A stretch of 64,000 nt of DNA from the sequence record NC_027364.1; one strand, 5' to 3'. Under the pieces are notes generated by a model. The model saw nothing but the letters and a program-made list of their open reading frames with translations, did no database searches and was not told where the DNA came from. The translations under genes were made by a program, and so were the position numbers. How positions within the stretch are numbered: the first letter of the stretch is position 1; every line of letters begins with the position of its first letter. Positions 56,974 to 64,000 of this stretch are shown here, one piece after another.

Positions 56974-57042
56974 TACTTTATCCTCTGTAGTTAATATCAA
57001 CATCATAACAAAAAAGGCTGACCGAAGTCAACCCTTTTATTA

Positions 57043-58061
57043 TCATTTACAGTTTTCTATAACTATTGCACGTTTTAGTATTTTACTTTCATAAACATAC
57101 TTAAGATGACCTTCTTCACGAATACGATTGAACACATATCCTAGTTTATCTTTTAGTACTGAAGCGGTATCAATGTCAAGATTAACTTCAACCCCTCCTG
57201 TTAATTTAACTTTATATGTAAAGCTAAAAGCATCACCAGATTCAACCAATGGGACTACTTGTTCATACGTATTCAACATAACTCGTTCATCATTAACTAA
57301 ATTATATATTACTATATCACAAGTTTTTACCCCAATTTCCTCTAATGTAGGAGCATTATCTACTATAACATCTTTTACTGTATTTGCAACCTGTTTAGCA
57401 TCTGCTGCATATACATTAAAACTAAAAAGTACTAAAATAATACTTAAAAAAATACTTTTTCTATTATATATCCTTATTTTATTTTACATGTCATATCGGG
57501 TTGTGCTGGTTTATTATTTTTAAACGGATTAGGTTTTTTATTCTTTCTTTTTATCTTTTAAAGGTTTTTTGTCTTCTTTTTTATTCTTTATCTTTGTCTT
57601 TTTTATTTTTATCAGGTTCAGAGGGAGTATTACATTGTGCTGGGGGTTGATTAGTTGGAGTACAGCTATTGTCTGATGGGAGTATTACTTCTTTACAATT
57701 GTAAAATAGTAAACTTTTATTTGTGGTTAAATTATGAAAACGATAGTTACGTTCATTATTATAATAAATTGTTTTAGTACTTTCAATGTCATTGCACATT
57801 GCTACTGAATCACCGGAACTCTTTTTCTATTCCCATTACATCAGTCTTACGCTCAGATAGTATACCTGAAGTATATGAATCTTTGTTGTCAAACGCATTA
57901 AATCCAATAGTTCTGTCGGTGTCGTGTATTATTCCTTTTGTGTATGAGGTAGTATAGAACTCCCCATTTCTGAAATCCTGCCTTGCTACTGAGCAATGAT
58001 AATCTGCACCATAAGCAGTACTGGAAAATAATACAATTCCAAATATAATATATTTTTTCAT
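57043..58061 (-). CDS. Two exported proteins, apparently broken by frameshifts or an uncertain start
   Basis: 57810..58061 has a signal peptide and continues in another frame into 57581..57799. The frame of 57043..57279 is open upstream to ~57460 with a signal-like ILVLFSFNVYA. Confidence 0.45.
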
Positions 58062-58132
58062 TGTAATCCCTCTTCTTAATTCCTCTTTTGTATTTACAAA
58101 AAAAGGCTGACCGAAGTCAACCTTTTAAATGT

Positions 58133-59644
58133 TTATTTTTTATCCTTTCCAACACCACTGTCGTACTCTTTGAATGAGTTATCAAGTGTAGTTAGTGCAT
58201 ACTCATATGCTTCTGGTGATTCAATGTCAACATCATCTGCACCATTTACTAAATCAGCCCACGCCTTTTGAAGTTTACGAGCATTGTTACCAACATTATC
58301 TTTAATCCAACTAATGTTTTTGTTGATACTTTTACGATCAGCACCTGCTTTTTTGCCAATCTCGGATATCCACATCATTAGCTTTTGAAGTTCATGAATT
58401 GATTTATCGGTCATTTCAAGATGTTCTTCTTCCATACCTTCGGAATCAGATGAACCAACGTCAATTCCATGTTTAGCTAATAGTTTACCAAGTTCAAAGA
58501 ATGCAGCTTCAGCAGGGAAGTCATAACCTTTCTCTTTGTAGTTATTCCATGCACTATCAAACTCGTCAACAAAACGGTTAGCATAATCTGGATTTTTAAC
58601 TAATGCTTTATATACTGCAATTGCATGTTCAAAACCTTCTTTATCTGACCCAAACTCTTCCATCTCAGGACGATGAATGTATCCATCCATATCAACGGTA
58701 TCAGGTAGTTCTTCTTGCTCAGGCTCAACATCTTTCTGTTCAACTGCACCCTCTTCATCTGCACGCTTTAGATAACCATCTGGTGTTACCTTCTCACCAT
58801 GTTCTGCTTCATACTTTTTCATAGTGTTGAATGCAGCATCCATAGCTGTTACGAAGCGACTTTTCTCACCTTGTACATAAGATTTAAGTGCACTGTTAAC
58901 TGCATCTGATACGAGCTTAACCTTATCGTCTTTACCTTCTAAACGGTTTTCAAGTTTAGCCAGTACATTCTTGACTTGCTGGGCATTAGCACGGTCCGCT
59001 TTACCAATATTATCAAAAGTTTTAAGAATACCATCAAGACTTGCTTCACCCTGTTCAGGTTCTTTGGAATCTTCTTTGTGTGTACCTTCAAGTGCACGCA
59101 TGATAGTACTGAATACTTCAGTTGGTTCAGTGCTCTTATTACCTTTCATTACATCAAGTACAGCTTGTGCTTTACCTTTGAGTTCTTCTTTAGGAACTGC
59201 CTGTAGTGCTTTGACAATACCCTGAATCAACTGTGGTTTGTTAGCAAAGATCTTACCTAAGTTATCTGATAACTCTTTAACAGGGTTAGCAGCTTTAGGT
59301 ACTTCTGCTTTTGGTTCTTCTTTAGGAACTGCTTGTTCTTTCTCAGCACGTTCCATATCAGCTAGGCGTTGTTTTTGTGTAGCATTAAGAAGTCCCAATG
59401 AATTAACATAACGTAGCTTTTCTAGCTCAGTCATGTTCTCAGTACTCTTAACTTCACCTGCTTCTGCGTTTGCTTTACCAGCTAGACCAGTTCCTTGGTT
59501 ACGTGACCCACGTGAACCTTGACCTGCTTGATAACTATTTGGACGGCGGTTGCGTTCACTCCATTTATCAGAGTGACCAGCCATGTTACCACCATTTTTA
59601 TCAGTAAAATTACTTGGCATTTGATTTCTCTCCATAGATTTCAT
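58133..59644 (-). CDS. Large acidic/charged late protein, candidate virion internal protein
   Basis: TATAAATA late promoter at 59662-59669; E/D/K-rich and helical; likely start at 59620 or 59584. Confidence 0.6.
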   Translation of the reverse strand: MKSMERNQMPSNFTDKNGGNMAGHSDKWSERNRRPNSYQAGQGSRGSRNQGTGLAGKANAEAGEVKSTENMTELEKLRYVNSLGLLNATQKQRLADMERAEKEQAVPKEEPKAEVPKAANPVKELSDNLGKIFANKPQLIQGIVKALQAVPKEELKGKAQAVLDVMKGNKSTEPTEVFSTIMRALEGTHKEDSKEPEQGEASLDGILKTFDNIGKADRANAQQVKNVLAKLENRLEGKDDKVKLVSDAVNSALKSYVQGEKSRFVTAMDAAFNTMKKYEAEHGEKVTPDGYLKRADEEGAVEQKDVEPEQEELPDTVDMDGYIHRPEMEEFGSDKEGFEHAIAVYKALVKNPDYANRFVDEFDSAWNNYKEKGYDFPAEAAFFELGKLLAKHGIDVGSSDSEGMEEEHLEMTDKSIHELQKLMMWISEIGKKAGADRKSINKNISWIKDNVGNNARKLQKAWADLVNGADDVDIESPEAYEYALTTLDNSFKEYDSGVGKDKK

Positions 59645-59889
59645 TTTTTTCTCTATGTCTATATTTATAGTATAAAGAAAAGGCTGACCGAAGTCAACCT
59701 TATTTTGTTACTTAGATTGTTCTTGTGCAGGTGGATTTACTTTTTGATCCACTACATAGAATACACCACCAACCAGTACTGCGGCGATGAGTGCAGCAAC
59801 TACAAATTTTAAACCTTGCATATATGATACCTCAGTTATATTGAGAAGTTATGATACAACAAAGGGCTGACCTTAGTCAACCCTTTTTA

Positions 59890-60273
59890 TTACTTCTTGA
59901 ACTTATGTTTTTCACTTTCGATTGCATTCACGATTTCATCATGAATTTTACGAAGATTGTGAGTTTTCTTGAGAGAATCATGCAATGCACGGAATGCAGA
60001 GTGTACAGTTGCTTTAAAGTGCTCTTTAGGAGTTACTTTAAGTTTCTCGATAATATCACGTACATAGATTGGGTGATCCTCAAACACACGATTAAGCTCA
60101 TGACCTAGTGATTCTAGGCTAAATGCTTTTTCACGGGATGGACGATCATGTGCAAGACTTTGGTCTGGTTTTAGAAGACCTAGTGAATCTAGATACTTGT
60201 GCTTATGTGCATTGTCTAGACCAGAAATATCAACATCATGTGATGGATCTTTCTTATTCCATTTATCAACCAT
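59890..60273 (-). CDS. Late protein, candidate virion internal protein
   Basis: TATAAATA at 60310-60317; shares DKW and Y(L/V)xSLGLL with 58133..59644. Confidence 0.6.
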   Translation of the reverse strand: MVDKWNKKDPSHDVDISGLDNAHKHKYLDSLGLLKPDQSLAHDRPSREKAFSLESLGHELNRVFEDHPIYVRDIIEKLKVTPKEHFKATVHSAFRALHDSLKKTHNLRKIHDEIVNAIESEKHKFKK

Positions 60274-60388
60274 TTTTATAACTCCTATAAGAGATAAATT
60301 TTACTATAATATTTATAGTTCCGTTGTCATTTATATCGAATGACATAAAACATTATATCATAATAAGAATGGTTGTCCCAAAGTTAAA

Positions 60389-62631
60389 TTAGTACTGACC
60401 AAGTTCAGATGTAAAAATAAATGCATCCATGTCTTCCAACGTAAGTTTTAAGTCTGGTACATACTTAAGAATAACGCACTCTGGCTTCTTAATAGCAGCT
60501 TGATAAGCAGCAATGGCAAGGGATTCCAATTGCTGTGCTGTATAATTTTTACGTTCTGCATTAAAAACTTTGTTTTTGATATCACCACCTGGGAGTTTTT
60601 CAAACTCACGCATAACTGCGGTAAGAACATCGTCAGCAGTGTTACTATATACCCATTGGGGTAATTGCATTACATTATAAATCACACCACTATCATCCAT
60701 CAAAGAGATCCATTTGTACCCATCACTAGCACTGAACAAACGCCCTTTTAGTACTGTGTTATTAGTTAAATTTACAAATGCAAAAATATCTTGTTCGTTA
60801 AGTTCAATACTATTAACATTTACCCAACTCATTACGATTCCCCATTCATAAATCACGAACAATATTCATTAAACACAATTTAGGTTTTATAGCATTCAAC
60901 ACCCATATGCATTCTTTGTAAGTAGCTATTATATCATCTAAATGCTCAGTTACAATGCTTTCTTGAAAATATTCTTCATCATTGAGCTTTGCTAATTTAG
61001 TAACATCACACGTAGGCACTATAGGTCTGGATTGTACACCCATTCCATTATTGATATTAGTGAAATGTACAAAATGGTACTTCACTACACCTTTATCTAG
61101 ATTTATTATACATGACAAATTTTCCAACTCAGTTAGTTTTTTATTACAAGTAACATTAATGAAACCAGCATTATAGGCTCTATAATCATCTACTGATATC
61201 TCAAAATCATTACGTTCAAATATAAGTGAAATGAGTTGGTCCAGTGGTTTGACATTCATATATTTTAATGAATTTACGTATGATACTTCAATCTTAGATG
61301 AAATTATCTTTTTACTAAGTGCAGTTAAATCTTTGTTAGATTTAACTGTTAAAACAATAGGTTTAAACCTAGAACTTTTGTTCTTTTTTGATACTTTAAA
61401 ACGACCTTTACGATTCATAATTTCCTCAATTAATAATTTCACATTTAACGTGTGGTTTATATAGCATAATTAACCCATTTTTAAGTACAATGATTGTTGC
61501 TCTGTTAGTAATCGAAACGTTTTTAATTATACTTTTTTTATATGTTTCAACATATTTCTCTTCATAATTTATACATTTAACATATTCTTTTTGTTTAGCA
61601 CTTACAACAGTACTGAATAATATCAGTACAAGTACTATATATTTCATTACTATACCTTATAAACAAAAAGGAATTCATTTAAGAATTCCTATTTTACAAT
61701 CATTTATCTAACATACCATTGTGCAAACGTTCATATACTTCAGTTCGACGCAAATTAACAATATCTTCTGCGTATTTTAATGTAAATGCCCATGCTTTTG
61801 GATGTACGTTAAGCTTCATACGAATTCGATTTTTCATCAACTCTCCACTTAAACGAATAAATTCGTGTACACCACGACTACCGTATTCAGTAATTAAATC
61901 ATTAATGTACATATCACGAAGAGTTTCATCTGCACATTCTTTAACCATTTCTACGTCAGCGACGATGCTTTCATTAACTGAAGTACTGATCATTTTTAAT
62001 TTACCTTATTTAAATTCGACTGTAATTTTATCACCTTCAACTACGAACTTACAGTTGTAGCGACGTGCCATATCCATGTACATATGCTCAGAGTACCAAG
62101 GAACATCAATAATCGGATGCTCTGCATATTGTAAAACTTCACGGTCGCCCACTGTAGTAATGATGAAAGGAATGTTCATCTCTCGTAAAAACAGTTCAGC
62201 ACCAGGAGAACGATTAATAAATTCAGTATCATTACGTAAAGTAAATCCATTATATTGTAATTTAAGCTTCATATGTTATCCTCTATTCAATACCATTCTT
62301 TAAAACCATTAAGTTCGGCTACGTGAGTGATTATAACACATATAACATTCAGGTCAAGTATAATTTGATCATAATTTAATTTTATACGATCATCATTATA
62401 TGCTCTAAAAACTACATCGTAATCAAAGAAATTTGCGTTTTCATCATTCATTGAAACGATTCGGTATCTACGTCTTCCATCTGTATTGAATATAGTTAAA
62501 CACTGTTGAAACTTTCTCATTAACTGTTTAGATAGGATATTATAATATTCAATATCTTTTTGTGAATTACGTGGGTCATCAGGAAGATAGAATGAAACAA
62601 ATTTCTTTAATTCTATTTGAGTTTTATCCAT
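60389..62631 (-). CDS. Run of hypothetical proteins (60389..60832, 60846..61442, 61426..61647, 61700..61993, 62006..62272, 62287..62631)
   Basis: Consecutive ORFs. 60846..61442 has LNDEEYFQESIV; 61426..61647 has a signal peptide and two Cys. Confidence 0.65.
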
Positions 62632-63064
62632 ATATTACCTCATTTGTTTCTCTTTTACTTTGTCGGAACTCATCCTTTGCTTCCTTAACTGACATGATAC
62701 GAACTAATTTAGCACTACCGCAATAGTACTGAACCTGATTACGACCAATGTCTACATGGTGGTCTGGAACTTCATATACAGATATAGCAAACCCAGCACG
62801 ATGCAATTTACCTAAGTCCATAGTGAAGAATCTGAACAAATCTTTCAAACTTTGACAGCCAAATACCCATCCACTTTTGATTGAATAAATCCCATCCTCA
62901 GTTGGTTCAGGTTGGAATTGAGAAGGTGTAGTCATGAGCAAACGGTCAAATCCATTTTTAGTACTGTATCTGGTTGAATACCGTGCAAACGGACCTACAG
63001 TTCGTGCAGGATCTAAGTTAGGTTCAATGTAACTAAATTTAAGTTCAAAACGATATACATACAT
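62624..63064 (-). CDS. Conserved-type phage hypothetical protein (YRxE..GP..PEP..D..FGxxS..F..GF..YEV)
   Basis: Motif order resembles a widespread phage family; function not established. Confidence 0.55.
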   Translation of the reverse strand: MYVYRFELKFSYIEPNLDPARTVGPFARYSTRYSTKNGFDRLLMTTPSQFQPEPTEDGIYSIKSGWVFGCQSLKDLFRFFTMDLGKLHRAGFAISVYEVPDHHVDIGRNQVQYYCGSAKLVRIMSVKEAKDEFRQSKRETNEVIYG

Positions 63065-63118
63065 AATTAAAATCCTCTAATTTATTAAGAGAATTATAAC
63101 AAAAAAGGCTGACCGAAG

Positions 63119-63976
63119 TCAACCTTTGTTTTGAAGTTCTTGAACTAATTGTCGTACTTCGTTAATATTTTTACACTGCTTTACAGTGAAGTAATCATAC
63201 TTACGACCATAGGTTCTTGGGTCATCACCTTCCATATACTGCTGCACATCAAAGATTTGTAAGTAGGGATGCTGCATAACACGAATATTATCACTTTGAT
63301 AAATCAACATAATATCAATCCTTATATTTACACAAGCCACCAAAACTAGTTTCTTTAGCACCACGACGCATCATAACTAATTTAGCATATTGTGTGCCAT
63401 TACTATCTTCATATACATCTACTTCAATAAACGCTAAGAAGTTAGGGTCTGTGTCGTTAGAAAACTCAGTGAAGCTAATGTCGCCTACTGTATGCTCTTT
63501 AACAAACGTATATGATTGTCCATCAATATATACAATATCTCGATCGTCACTATCACCTTGATAGATATGTTTAATATTACCATCTGTACAAACTAAACCT
63601 TCCAATGGTTCAGCATATGACAATCCACACATTAACATACATACAAAAAATAAAATAATTTTCATGATTATTTTCCTCCAACGTTAAGTGATTTCTTGTA
63701 CTGATATTCTTTATAAGTACTATACCATATATCACCAACGTAAATCAAGTACCACGTAGCAGGATAAAGAGCCAATCCAGTACTGATGTATACGAACTTT
63801 TGGTCAAGGACATCAAATACATACAGAAGGAAAGTTACTCCCATAATGCAAGAACAAATTAACCACAAGTTATAAGCAATCGAATCGCAAGCAAAAATAG
63901 AATCAAGCTTAGAAATTAGGACATATTTGTTTGTTAAAATGAAATGAATTACTGCAACTAAACAATATCCTGCCAT
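63119..63976 (-). CDS. Three small genes: 63119..~63310 hypothetical, 63315..63665 exported protein, 63668..63976 membrane protein (likely starting beyond the window)
   Basis: Signal MKIILFFVCMLMCGLSYA with terminal Cys pair; hydrophobic stretches in the last ORF. Confidence 0.6.
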
Positions 63977-64000
63977 AAAAATAGAAATTAAAAAAGACAG

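Larger units (their letters stand above)
50098..63126 (-). terminator. Repeated UUCG-loop terminator GGGTTGAC-TTCG-GTCAGCCC-TTTT whose TTGACT doubles as the -35 of the next promoter
   Basis: Copies near 50100, 51890, 52815, 57015, 58105, 59680, 59865, 63105; related copies near 9925, 12183, 15402, 19022. Most have TATAAT/TATGAT/TATTAT 17-18 bp on. Confidence 0.8.

Noticed and set aside
50138-58061. Programmed frameshifting in the exported-protein genes
   Set aside because: The breaks fall in A/T homopolymers in several unrelated genes, which is typical of sequencing error; I saw no consistent slippery site plus downstream structure.
1-64000. tRNA, rRNA, integrase, transposase, reverse transcriptase/DGR or prophage att sites
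   Set aside because: No cloverleaf or T-loop signatures and no catalytic motifs recognised. Array diversity is not confined to adenines and no template repeat was seen.

Overview
This window is a 64-kb, AT-rich, gene-dense piece of a large lytic (jumbo) phage of enterobacteria. It most resembles the 121Q/PBECO4-RaK2-GAP32-CBB type myoviruses; that assignment is pattern recognition, not a database result. I saw no rRNA, tRNA, CRISPR array, integrase or core replication/structural genes. From left to right: (1) 1.5-7.9 kb, one operon of 29 tandem ~70-aa paralogues sharing an LGTNYQE motif. (2) ~8.4-29.2 kb, an early host-takeover-type region of ~60 tiny genes. Most sit behind their own sigma70 promoter plus stem-loop cassette. 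It also holds a TraR/DksA-family gene, an H-NS-like gene, a kinase, at least 10 Chi octamers, two families of repeated promoter-linked non-coding motifs, and a repeat-rich ORF-free right end; I infer it is a long terminal repeat. (3) 29.7-33.8 kb, a second array of 17 ~60-aa HKE(F/Y)Y paralogues. (4) 33.9-46.1 kb, ten tandem RCC1/BLIP-II-like beta-propeller genes with a shared MLPF N-terminal tag and repeated terminator-promoter spacers. (5) 46-64 kb, membrane-protein paralogues, an AAA ATPase, a putative homing endonuclease, denV, two more kinases including a T7 gp0.7-like one, and two late-promoter proteins sharing motifs. The palindrome AGTACT is strongly over-represented across most of the window. 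Several frameshifts suggest homopolymer errors in the assembly.
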